A DNA stretch of 64,000 nt from Candidatus Eiseniibacteriota bacterium (GTDB lineage Bacteria; Eisenbacteria; RBG-16-71-46). The notes beneath the pieces are model-generated. The model was given only the letters and a program-made list of their open reading frames with translations, searched no databases and was not told the DNA's origin. Location of the stretch: contig OY970342.1 of the NCBI GenBank assembly GCA_963717505.1, forward strand, positions 3,584,001-3,648,000, in the 5' to 3' direction. Below, piece after piece: positions 45,186 through 55,105 of the stretch. The position numbers and the translations under genes were made by a program. The number at the start of each line of letters is the position of its first letter. Position 1 is the stretch's first letter.

Positions 45186-45254
45186 AGCGAAACTCGGCCG
45201 GCGAACTCGGCCTGAGACGCCGGCGAGCGTCGACGTTTCACCGCAGGGTCCGCG

Positions 45255-46548
45255 CTAGTGCATCGACTCCGGCCCGTCCACCACGCCGCCGGCCGGCACG
45301 TCGCGGTGAAGTCGCGCTCGGTCACGAAGGCGCCGATGCGCGCGTTGCGGCCGATGCGTGAGCCCTCCGGCAGGTGCGCGCCCTTGCCGACCACGCGTCA
45401 GCCCGCTCGACAGGTGCTCGGGGCAGGCGCGGTTCGGCGACGCGTCGTCGCCGTGGCCGACCCTGCGCCCCGTCCCCGACCTCGCACCTCCTTGTCGAGG
45501 ATCGCGCGATCGAGGACCGCGCCGCGCCGAACGACGTGTCGTGCATGACGATGCTGTCGCGCACCACGGCCCCGCGCGGCACGCTGACGCCCGGGGAACA
45601 GCACCGAGCGCACCACCTCGCCCGCCGATCACGCAGCCGTTCGCGATCAGGCTGCGCTCGCCACGCGGCCGCCGGGCTCGAACCGCACCGGCGGCCGGTC
45701 GGCGCTCTGCGTGTGGATCACCCAGTCGGGATCGGCGAGATCGATCGGCGGCCGGTCGGCGAGCAGCGCGCAGGTTGGACTCGTAGTAGGAGTCGAGCGT
45801 GCCGACGTCCTGCCAGTAGTCGGGGAAGCGGTAGGCGAACACGCGCCTCGCCGCGCGCGACCAGCCGCGGCAGCAGGTCCTTGCCGAAGTCGTGGCGTCG
45901 AGTCCGGCATCGCGGCGTCCTCGACCAGCCAGCGGATCAGCGCGTCGCGGTCGAACAGGTAGACGCCCATCGACGCCAGCCGCGAGCGCGCCTGCTTGCG
46001 GCTTCTCCTGGAAGCCGACGACGCGGCCCGTCTGCGTCGGTCTCGAGGATGCCGAAGCTGATGCGTCATGTCGGCCGGCACCTCGGTGACCGCGACCGTG
46101 ACCGACGCGCCGGTTGCGCGACGTGGAACGCGTAGAGGACGTTGTAGTCCATCTTGTAGACGTGGTCGCCCGACAGCACCAGCACCTGCTCGGTGCGGCG
46201 GCGCCGCAGGTGGATCAGGTTGCGGTAGATCGCGTCGGCGGTGCCCTGGTACCAGTCGCTCTCGACGCGTGCCGAGCGAGGGCTGGAGGATCTGGATGCC
46301 GCCGCGCGTGCGGTCGAGGTCCCACGGACGCCCGGTGCCGATGTGCCGGTTGAGCGAGGTCGGCCGGTACTGGGTCAGCACGCCGACGTCGTAGATGCCC
46401 GGAGTTCACGCAGTTGGACAGCGTGAAGTCGATGATCCGGTACTTGCCGCCGAACGGCACCGCCGGCTTGGCGCGCCGCTCGGACAGCAGGCACAGCCGG
46501 CGTGCCGACGCCGCCCGCCAGGATGAACGCGTAGCGCGAGCCGTTCAC
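45255..46548 (-). CDS. glgC: Glucose-1-phosphate adenylyltransferase (frameshifted in this sequence)
   Basis: [61 protein letters not shown]. Confidence 0.9.
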
Positions 46549-47828
46549 CGCCGAGTCCTCGGTGCGCGACGCGGCTCGCGCGATCCACGATCGCCCGGCA
46601 GCTGAGCGCCGCTCGCCGCTCGGAAGTCCCGGGCACGAGCGCCGACGCCGATCACCGCCGGCGCGATCGACGCGCGCGCCGTCGGGAATCGTCGCGTCCT
46701 TGCCGACCAGCGTCAGCCCCGTCGAGCCACGCGCAGCGTGCGGATCGCCGGACCTCGCCGCCGCCGATCTGCGCGCCGCTCGCCGACCTGCGACGTACTT
46801 GTCGAGGATCGCCCCGGTCGACCCGCGCGCCGGCGCCGATCCGGCGTGTCGGACATGACCACCGAGTCGACGATCTCGGCGCCGGGCGCGACCACCACGC
46901 CCGGAGAACAGCACCGAGCGTCGCACGCTGCCCGCGATCCGGCAGCCGTTCGCGATCAGGCTGCTCCTCGACCGCGGCCGAGGCCTCGATGCAGCACCGG
47001 CGGACGCTCCTCGTCGCGCGTCAGGATCGGCCAGCGCGGCTCGTGGAGCGTGAAACGCGGCTCGGGCGCGACCAGCTCGAGGTTGGCGCGATAGTAGGTC
47101 GACAACGTGCCGACGTCCTCCCAGTAGCCGTCGAACTCGTGCGCGAAGACGCGCACGCCGCGCTCGACCATCGGCACGCATCACGTCGAGCACCAGGTCC
47201 ACCGGACGCGCCCGCAGCAGCTCCCCGAGCACCTCGAAGTCGAACAGGTAGATGCCCATCGAGGCGAACGGTCGCGGTCGCTGCGCTCCGGCTTCTCCTC
47301 GAGCGCACGCACGCGCCCCTCGCCGTCGAACGTCGACCATGCCGAAGCGGTGCGACTGGTCGGCCGGGACGCGCGTCACCGCCAGCGTCGCGCTCGCGCG
47401 CCGGTCGCTCGTGGGTCTGCGCCAGCGCGCGATAGTCCATGCGATAGACATGGTCGCCGGAGAGCACCAGCACGCGGTCGGGACGGCGCTCTTCGATCAC
47501 GTCCCAGTTCTGCGCCATGGCGTCCGCGGTGCCGCGATACCAGCCGGCATGGCTCCGGGTCTGGTAGGGCTGCAGGATCTCGATGCCGCCGGCGCGCCGG
47601 TCGAGATCCCAGGCGCGTCCCGAGCCGATGTGGTCGTGCAGCGAGGTCGGCGCGTGCTGGGTGACCAACGCGACGTGCTCGACGTCGCGAGTGGCAGCAG
47701 TTGCTGAGCACGAAGTCGATGATGCGGTACTTGCCGCCGAAGGGTACGGCGCTGACCGCGCGCTCGGCGGTCAGGACGCTCAGACGTTCGCCGCCGCCGC
47801 CCGCCAGCACCACCGCCATGTCGGCCAT
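46545..47828 (-). CDS. Second ADP-glucose pyrophosphorylase paralogue (GlgC/GlgD-like, frameshifted in this sequence)
   Basis: [53 protein letters not shown]. 3' end approximate. Confidence 0.85.
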
Positions 47829-47845
47829 GGGCGCGCCGTGCGGGG

Positions 47846-48961
47846 CTACCAGCTCACGCTGAGCGACACCAGATGCGTGGCGTCGAGGTTCTGATCCTCG
47901 GGGAAGTCGTCCTCGTCGGAGGCGAAGAAGCGATTGAGGTTCGCGGCGTAGTCGGCGCCGAAGTGCTTGTAGCGGACACCGGCGCCGAAGGCGAGATCCT
48001 TGCCGGCGGCCCCGCTGCGCAACGCGAGCGTGTTTCGATACCAGTACTCGAGCCCGGTGCGAACGTCCCAGGTCTGACCACCGAGCGAGATCTGGCTGTC
48101 GAGGCTGCGGCGCTCGAATCCCCACGCCAGGTCGAAGCCCCAGGTCAGCGCGTGGCGCTCGGCCGGATAGAAGTTGAACGCGACGCCGGTGTCGATCGTC
48201 GGCACCACCAGCTCGCGCGTGCCGTTCGACCAGGACAGGTAGGTGGTGGTGAGGTCGTGGACCACGACGCCGATGGTCACGGCGTCGGTGGGCATGTAGA
48301 CGCCTCCGATGTCGAGCCCGGCACCGAACGAGGTGACGTGATCGCCGGGGATCGTGTCGGGAATGCTCTGGTGGACGAACTTGAGGTTGCCGCCGAACGC
48401 CCAGCGCTTGCTCGGCTGGCGCGCGAACGACAGGAGCACGGCAAGGTCGCTGGCGCTGGCGTAGAACAGGTCGTCGCCGGTGAGCAGTAGCCGCTCACCC
48501 CGATCCCACACGCCGTTCCCCTGCCCGTTGCCCGGCGTGGTTTCGTTGTTGTCGGTGCCGAAGTCGAGGAAGTCGCGACCGGCCGTCAGCCCGCCGGGAC
48601 GCGGCGTCACCGGAATGTCGTCGGTGGCCAGGCGAATCATCGAGATGCCCAGCGCCGAATGCTTGCCCTTGAGGTCGCCGAGCGGGATCACCGCCGACAC
48701 GTAGTCGTGATTGAGCAGGCTCCCGAACTTTTCCTGGTGCTGGAACAGGACCTCGCGGTAAGGCAGGTAGACCATGCCGGCGGGATTCCAGTACGAGGCG
48801 GTTGCGTCGTCGGAGATGGCGGCGAATGCGCCGCCCATGCCCATGGCGCGGGGGCCCACGGGGATCTTGAGGAATTCGCCTGCGTACTTGGTGGCTCCGG
48901 CGGGTGATGCCGCGAGCCCCAAGGCACAGACGACGAGGACGGCAAAATGGGTGGTTTTCAT
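47846..48961 (-). CDS. PorV/PorQ-family outer-membrane beta-barrel
   Basis: Signal peptide, [26 protein letters not shown]-terminal LVSLSVSW. Internal loop carries GNGVWDRGE. Confidence 0.85.
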   Translation of the reverse strand: MKTTHFAVLVVCALGLAASPAGATKYAGEFLKIPVGPRAMGMGGAFAAISDDATASYWNPAGMVYLPYREVLFQHQEKFGSLLNHDYVSAVIPLGDLKGKHSALGISMIRLATDDIPVTPRPGGLTAGRDFLDFGTDNNETTPGNGQGNGVWDRGERLLLTGDDLFYASASDLAVLLSFARQPSKRWAFGGNLKFVHQSIPDTIPGDHVTSFGAGLDIGGVYMPTDAVTIGVVVHDLTTTYLSWSNGTRELVVPTIDTGVAFNFYPAERHALTWGFDLAWGFERRSLDSQISLGGQTWDVRTGLEYWYRNTLALRSGAAGKDLAFGAGVRYKHFGADYAANLNRFFASDEDDFPEDQNLDATHLVSLSVSW

Positions 48962-49032
48962 GTCGTTTCGGAGGCGTCGTCCGGCCTGGTCGGAACGGCC
49001 GCAGTGAGGGTCGAGCCTAGAGGGCGGCTCGA

Positions 49033-49578
49033 TCAACTGTCAACCCGCAGCGGCACCGGACGGCTCTCGAGAATCCCCGCTTCGCTGAGCGGATGGAGCA
49101 CGCGGTACTCGCCACGGATGCGGAGCAGATCGGTCGAGACTGAAAGCGATCGCTCCTCGCGATTGCCACGCGGGCGGAATCGCACCCGGTAGGTCGCGGA
49201 GACATGGTCCTCGTCGATCGGGATGAAGCGCAGATGCTCGATCGTGAAGGCACGCGTCGCCGGGAGTCCCCACTGCATGCCGGGGAACGGCAGGTCGCGA
49301 GGGGGTCCGGCAGAACAAGCCCAAATGCCTTCGACGTCGTGATTCATCAGCGCCTCCCAGTAGGTCGCGAGGGCGGTCCCCGGGGAGCGCAGTGCCGGAT
49401 CTACCTCGCATCGCTCACCGTGGAAACCCAGGCAGCCTGCCACGAGGAGCACGACGATGATCCGACCCGACGCGCCCAGCCGTGCGTGGTCATGGGCTGA
49501 TACCCCGGAAGGCGCATCGTTCGTTCCCGGAAACGTGGTCCCGGGACTTGGAGCAGGAGGCACGAGATGGAGCCGCAA
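49033..49578 (-). CDS. Hypothetical exported protein or lipoprotein
   Basis: Hydrophobic IIVVLLVAGC then SPGTALATYWEAL (NTF2-like helix). Start uncertain. Confidence 0.55.
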   Translation of the reverse strand: MRLHLVPPAPSPGTTFPGTNDAPSGVSAHDHARLGASGRIIVVLLVAGCLGFHGERCEVDPALRSPGTALATYWEALMNHDVEGIWACSAGPPRDLPFPGMQWGLPATRAFTIEHLRFIPIDEDHVSATYRVRFRPRGNREERSLSVSTDLLRIRGEYRVLHPLSEAGILESRPVPLRVDS

Positions 49579-49866
49579 GGCGAAGTGCGGGCCTCTGAGC
49601 TTGGGAAACCCAGGCCTCCCTGGCCGCCGGAGGGAAAGTCCGGAACGATTAGTCTGCGGCCCTGTTGCGCATGAATTGTTCCCGCAGCCTCAGCAGTGGC
49701 GAGCGCAGCCACGACCTCGACGATCCTCGGAAGTGAGACCGGCATGAGGTTGGGAGACAACGACCTGGGAGATCGCGTCCTGGCGCGTCGCGCAGCGACG
49801 TCAGCCTGTGGAAATCGCGCGAGGAAGTGACCGGCTTCGGATCTGGGCGATCCAACGCACTTCAAA

Positions 49867-51602
49867 CTACGGCCGAGGTCTTTTCCCCCGCGGCTTCGGG
49901 CCGCGCCAGGGCGAGGTCGAGCCGCGCGTCGCGCCGCGAGCCGGGGGTCGCGACGGCCTTCGAGCGGGACCACGCGACGGCCCGAACGAGGGACCACGTG
50001 AAGGACCACGTGACGGAGCCACGTGAGGGCCCACGTGAAGGTCCGCGAGAAGATTCCCGAGCGGGGCCGCCCGACATACCACGTGACGGTCCACGGGGCG
50101 GCCCGAACGATGGGCGGCGCGAAGGTCCGCGGGACGGTCCCGCTGCCGAGTTCCGCGGCATGCTACGTGCCGGTCCACGCGAGGGTCCGCGAGTCGGCCC
50201 GAACGACGGGCGGCGCGAAGGACCGCGGGACGGTCCCGCTGCCGAGTCCCGCGGCATGCCACGGGCCGGCCCACGCGAGGGTCCACGAGTCGGCCCGAAC
50301 GACGGGCGGCGCGAGGGTCCGCGGGACGGCACCGCTGCCGAGTCCCGCGGCATGCCACGGGCCGGCCCACGCGAAGGTCCGCGAGTCGGTCCGAACGACG
50401 GGCGGCGCGAGGGTCCGCGAGACGGTCCCGCTGCCGAGTCCCGCGGCATGCCACGTGCCGGCCCACGCGAAGGTCCGCGAGTCGGTCCGAACGACGGACG
50501 GCGCGAGGGTCCGCGAGACGGTCCGCGGCTCGGTCCGCGACTCGGTCCGCGACTCGGTCCGCGAGACGGCCCACGAGACTCGTCGCGGGTGCGCACGCGA
50601 TCCGGCCGGCCAGCCGCGGGTCGGCCTTCGGCGCGATCTCGGAATCGCGGGCGCTCCCCTTCCGGCCGCGCGCGTCCCGTGGCGCTCGGAGTGGGACGCC
50701 AGGTTCGCGGGGCGCCGGGACGTTCGCGCCGACCTCGGGCTCCGGTGGGCCGGCGCGACTCATCGTGCGTCGCGGGCGCGACCTTCGCACGCTCGGCGTC
50801 GCGCTGCCGGCGATCGAAGCGCGACAACCGGGCCGCTCCCGCGGGCAGCGGGCGCGGCCGCGCCGACGCCGTACGCAGGCGCTCGACCTCCTCGGCCGAC
50901 AACTCGCGCCACATTCCGCGCTCGATCGGCCCCAGTCGCACCGGACCGTAGCCCGAGCGGTGGAGCTTGAGCACGTTGAGCCCGACCGCCTCGCACATCC
51001 GACGCACCTGCCGGTAGCGACCCTCGTGGATCGACAGGCCCAGAACCGCGCTGTCGTCGTCACGCGCGACCACGCGCACGCGCGCCGGAGCGCTCATCGC
51101 GTCCCGGCTCGAACTCACACCGGTTTCCAGCCGGCGCAGCTGTCCCTCGTTGGGCTCGCGGTCGACCCGCACCCGGTAGATGCTTCTCCACGCCGTAGCG
51201 CGGATGCATGAGGTGGTGCGCGAGCTCGCCGTCGTTGGTGAGGATCAGGAGTCCGCTGGTGTCGGCGTCGAGGCGCCCGACCGGGAACACGCGCGGGCCG
51301 GGGGGCAGGAACTCGCGAATCGTCCGCCGGCCCTGCGGGTCACTCAACGTCGTGATCACGCCGACCGGCTTGTTGAGCACGAAGTAGCGTGGCGTGGCGG
51401 CGCCGGGCAGCAGCCGGCCCTGCACCTCGACGCGGTCGCGATCCGGTTCGACCAGCGTGCCCGGCTCGCGCACGATCACGCCGTTGACGCGCACGACGCC
51501 CGACTCGATCAGGGCATCGCAGGCCCGGCGTGAGCCGAGACCCCGGCGCGCGAGCAGCTTGTTGAGTCTCAGACCCGCGCCCGCGGGCGGCGTGTTACTC
51601 AC
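49867..51602 (-). CDS. rluB: RluB/RsuA-family pseudouridine synthase with long Arg/Gly/Pro/Ser repeat tail (frameshifted in this sequence)
   Basis: S4 domain RLNKLLARRGLGSRR, NKPVG, VGRLDADTSGLLILTNDGE, EGRYRQVRRM. Follows scpA-scpB. Confidence 0.88.
49960..50580. repeat. Coding tandem repeat: 96-bp unit (about 4.5 copies) built from 12-bp subunits
   Basis: Anchor gaacga(c/t)gg(g/a)cggcgcga recurs at about 50105, 50201, 50297, 50393 and 50489. Encodes GPSRGPSRRPSFGPTRGPSRGPARGMPRDSAA. Confidence 0.93.
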
Positions 51603-52418
51603 GCTCGCGGCCCGGAACCGCCGGGGCCGGCTCATCCTCGAGGTCCTCGTCGTCGAAGTCCTCTTCGTCTTCGTCGTCCTCGCCCTCGAACTCCTCTTCC
51701 TCTTCGCCGTCGTCCTCGTCCTCGAACTCGTCCTCGATGTCCCCTTCGCTCGCCGGTTCGGCGTCGAGCGGCAGCACTTCGTGGCGCACGAGGTCGCCCT
51801 CGCCCGCAGCTTCAGCGGCCGCCAGATCGGAGGCGACCTGCGAGACCACTTCCAGCTCCATCATCTCGAGCTGTTCCGGCTCGCGCGCCGCGACCAGCGC
51901 GCGCAGTTCCTCGGGACGCGGCAGCTCGGTCAGGTCCTTGAGTCCGAAGTAGTCGAGGAACTCGGGGGTGGTGCCGTAGAGCAGCGGCCGGCCCACGACC
52001 TTCGAGCGGCCGCGGATCGTGACCAGGTTGCGCTCGAGCAGCGTCGCCAGCACGCCGCTCGAGTCGACACCGCGGATCGCCTCGACCTCGGACTTCGTGA
52101 CCGGCTGCTTGTACGCGATGATCGCCATGGTCTCGAGCGCGGCGCGCGACAGGCGCATGCGCTTCTTGCCGCGCAGCAGGCGGCCGACCCACTCGGACTG
52201 CTCGGCGGTGGTCACCAGCATCCAGCCGCCCGCGATCTCGCGCAGCTCGACGCCGGCACTCGCGCGTCGGCGTAGGTCTCGCCCAGCGTCTTGCAGCGCC
52301 GCGAGCGACCTCGTCGGGCGGCGTTCGAGCGACTCGCACGAGCAGCGCTCAGCGGCAGCGGCTGATCCGACGAGAACAGCAGCGCTTCAATCGCCGCTTG
52401 CAGGTCGGACGGGGGCAT
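51595..52418 (-). CDS. scpB: Segregation and condensation protein B (frameshifted in this sequence)
   Basis: AAIEALLF, LSRAALETMAIIAYKQPVT, IRGVDS, GRPLLYGTTPEFLDYFGL. Acidic tail. Confidence 0.95.
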
Positions 52419-53296
52419 CGGGTCGCTTCCTTCTCGGAGCGCGGCGACGATCGTGATGTCGCCGAAGTTCTCGTTCTGAACGACGCGTCGCCTGCCCGAG
52501 CTTGATCAGCTCGAGCAGCGCGATGAAGGTCACGATCATCTCGGCGCGCGCCCGGCACTGCAGCAGCAGCTCGGTGAACGACGACCGCGCCGCGGCTCGG
52601 CGAGCAGGCTCGCGATCAGGGCGCGATCTTGTCCTCGACGTCGAACGCCTCGGCCTGCGACCTCGTAGACCGACTTGCTCGGGCACCCGCGCCATCACGC
52701 GGTTGAGCGCGTCGAGCAGGTCGAACAGCGTCGCCGGCGCGAGCGGCAGCGGCCCGGCTTCGTCCTCGCCCGGCACCATGCCGCGCTCGAACAGCAGGCG
52801 GCGCTCGTCCTCGCGCAGCTTGAGCGTCCCCGCCGCCTCCTTGAACTGTCGGTACTCGACCAGGCGCTGGACCAGCTCCTCGCGCGGATCGCCCTCCTCC
52901 TCCTCCTCGCCGACCGCGGGCAGCGGCAGCAGCATCTTGGCCTTGATGCGCATCAGCGTCGCGGCCATGACCAGGAACTCGCCGGCCACCTCGAGGTCGA
53001 GCGCGCGCATCAGCTCGAGGTACGCGAGGTACTGCTGCGGTGATGTGCGCGATCGGAATGTCGTAGATGTCGATCTCGTCGCGCTTGATCAGGTGGAGCA
53101 GCAGGTCGAGCGGGCCCTCGAAGCGCTCGAGCTTGATGGTCACCATCCGCACGCGCTGCGGCGGGCCCGCCGCCAGGGACTCGGCCGCTTCGGCGCGCTC
53201 GGCGATCGCGGCGGCATCGAGCGGCGGATCCACCGGCACCTCGATGCTCGGCGCGTCGAGGTCGGTGGCGCCGGGCGGGCGGCGATCGTCGTTCAT
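52415..53296 (-). CDS. scpA: Segregation and condensation protein A (frameshifted in this sequence)
   Basis: [50 protein letters not shown]. 3' end approximate. Confidence 0.95.
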
Positions 53297-54360
53297 CGCG
53301 GCACCGCGGCGGCGGGCGACTTGAGGCCCATGCGCCGAGCGCACGGCATCCATGGTCTGCTCGGCGACCGCGCGCGCGCGCTGGTCGCCGTCCGCGATCA
53401 CGTCGCGCACCGCGTCGGGATCGCGCCGCAGCCGCTCGCGGCGCTCGCGCACCGGGGCCAGCGTGTCGGCCAGGATCTGCGCCAGGTGCTTCTTGTCGGG
53501 CACGCAGGCCAGCTGCCGGCGCGGCAGCGCGCGCGCGATTCGTCGGCGCCTCGCGGGATTGAACTTGCGGTGGTACTCCCACACCACGCAGCCCGGGTGA
53601 CCGTCGGTCGGGATCGGCCTCGGGGCGGCCGGGATCGTTGGCGCGCATCTTCTTGGGGTCGGTGTAGGCCTGCTTCACCTTGGCCGCGATCTCCTCGGGC
53701 GAATCCGCGAGCAGGATCGTGTTGCCCATCGACTTGCTCATGCGGCCGCCGTCGAGACCGCGCAGACGCGGGAACTGCGGTGAGCATGCGCCTCGGGCTC
53801 CGGGAACACCGGGGTCGCGGTCCTGGCAGTAGAGGAAGTTGAAGCGGCGCGCGATCTCGCGCGTCAGCTCGACGTGCGGCACCTGGTCCTCGCCCACCGG
53901 CACGTGGGTCGCCCGGTAGAGCAGGATGTCGGCGGCCTGGAGCACCGAGTAGCCGAGGTGGCCGTAGCGAGATCGTCTGCTCGTCGAGGTGCAGGTCGCG
54001 GATCTGCTCCTTGAGGGTCGGGATGCGCTCGAGCCGCGCCTTGCTCACCAGCATCGAGAGCAGCAGGTGCAGCTCGGCGTGCTCCTTCACGTCGGACTGC
54101 ACGAAGATCACGCTCTTCTGCGGATCGAGTCCGGCCGCCAGCCAGTCGACGCACCATGTCGAACGGTGTCGGACTGCAGGCGGGACGTGTCCTCGAAGCC
54201 GGTCGTGAGCATGTGCCAGTCGGCCACCATGTGGAAGTTGTCCCAGCCCTCGTTCTGCAGCCGCACCCAGTTCTCGAGCGCGCCCGACGTAGTTGCCGAG
54301 GTGGAGGCGCCCGGTCGGGCGCATGCCGGAGAGGATGCGGCCACGGCGGGCTTGAACCAC
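53293..54360 (-). CDS. trpS: Tryptophan--tRNA ligase (frameshifted in this sequence)
   Basis: [40 protein letters not shown]. Confidence 0.96.
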
Positions 54361-54482
54361 GCGATCGCGCACCTCCACAAAGCACCTCCCGTGGCCCACT
54401 CATGGATCCGCCCGGACGTGCTCACGGGCATCCGGCCATCGATTCCGAGCGCGATTCGGGCGGCCCAGGATGACCGTGTCGC

Positions 54483-54512
54483 ACACTATCGAGAATGCGC
54501 GCCGGGGGTCAA
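54483..54512 (-). promoter_or_regulatory. Putative sigma70 promoter of the trpS-scpAB-rluB operon
   Basis: TTGACC-N18-TAGTGT on the minus strand. Confidence 0.5.
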
Positions 54513-54562
54513 GGCTCGAAGCTTAAGGTAATGCATGAAGCCCAGTTCGGGTTTCGTCTGCA

Positions 54563-54591
54563 TTGCCAGTGTCGGGGTGCGCGGCTACTTT
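54563..54591 (+). promoter_or_regulatory. Putative sigma70 promoter giving a leaderless peroxiredoxin mRNA
   Basis: TTGCCA (54563-54568)-N17-TACTTT (54586-54591)-N6-ATG. No SD sequence. Confidence 0.55.
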
Positions 54592-54597
54592 GCCCCC

Positions 54598-55095
54598 ATG
54601 GACACACCGCCGCGTCCAGAGGATCTCGTTGGCCAGCCCGCTCCCGACCTTTCGCTCACCGACACCAACGGCACTCCCTTCCGACTGCACCAGTACATGG
54701 GCCGCTGCCCGCTCGTCCTGTTCTTCATCATTCGCAGCGGCACCCCCGGCTGAGTACGTGAGGTACGCGAGTTTCGCGTACATCACGAAGCGTTCCGCAA
54801 CGAAGGCATCGCACTCGCCGGGGTCAGCCGCGACCCACCCGAGAGGAACCGCACCTGGACCGAGCGGCTGGAGATCCCCTACCCCATGCTGTCCGACGCC
54901 GACGGCCAGGTCGGGCGGGCTCTCGGAATCGTGACCCGGGTCGGCATCGGGACCTGGCACCTGGAATTCTTCCGGCGCACGACGTTCCTGATCGATGCGC
55001 GGGGGATCATTTCGGCGGCGTGGGGCAAGGTGCGCGTACGCGGCCACGCCCAGGAGGTGTTGTCGGTGGCGAAGGTGGCGCGAACCCTGAAGTAG
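54598..55095 (+). CDS. Selenocysteine-containing peroxiredoxin (BCP/PrxQ family), 165 aa, Sec at codon 52 (TGA 54751-54753)
   Basis: One frame from ATG 54598 to TAG 55095 with a single TGA: VGQPAPDLSLTDTNG...LVLFFIIRSGTPG-U-VREVREFR...GVSRD...YPMLSDADG...RRTTFLIDARG...GHAQEV. The TGA occupies the peroxidatic Cys of the TxxC motif. Confidence 0.92.
54757..54787 (+). promoter_or_regulatory. Bacterial SECIS element
   Basis: CGTGA-G-GTACGCGA-[GTT]-TCGCGTAC-A-TCACG. The apical loop begins with GU and lies 17 nt after the TGA. Confidence 0.85.
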
Positions 55096-55105
55096 CCGAC
55101 CCCGC

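Noticed and set aside
49625-49845. RNase P RNA (rnpB) as a feature call
   Set aside because: Only the P4-like pairing is present. The AGUGCnACAG, UGAAAC and ACAnAA conserved regions are missing and the span is short. Kept only as a finding.
49960-50580. CRISPR array or ncRNA repeat
   Set aside because: The whole 96-bp unit repeats in frame inside the rluB coding tail, with no spacers.
54751-54753. TGA as a nonsense mutation or as evidence of a genome-wide alternative genetic code
   Set aside because: It falls exactly on the catalytic Cys position and is followed by a SECIS-like hairpin, while TGA acts as a normal stop in many other genes here.
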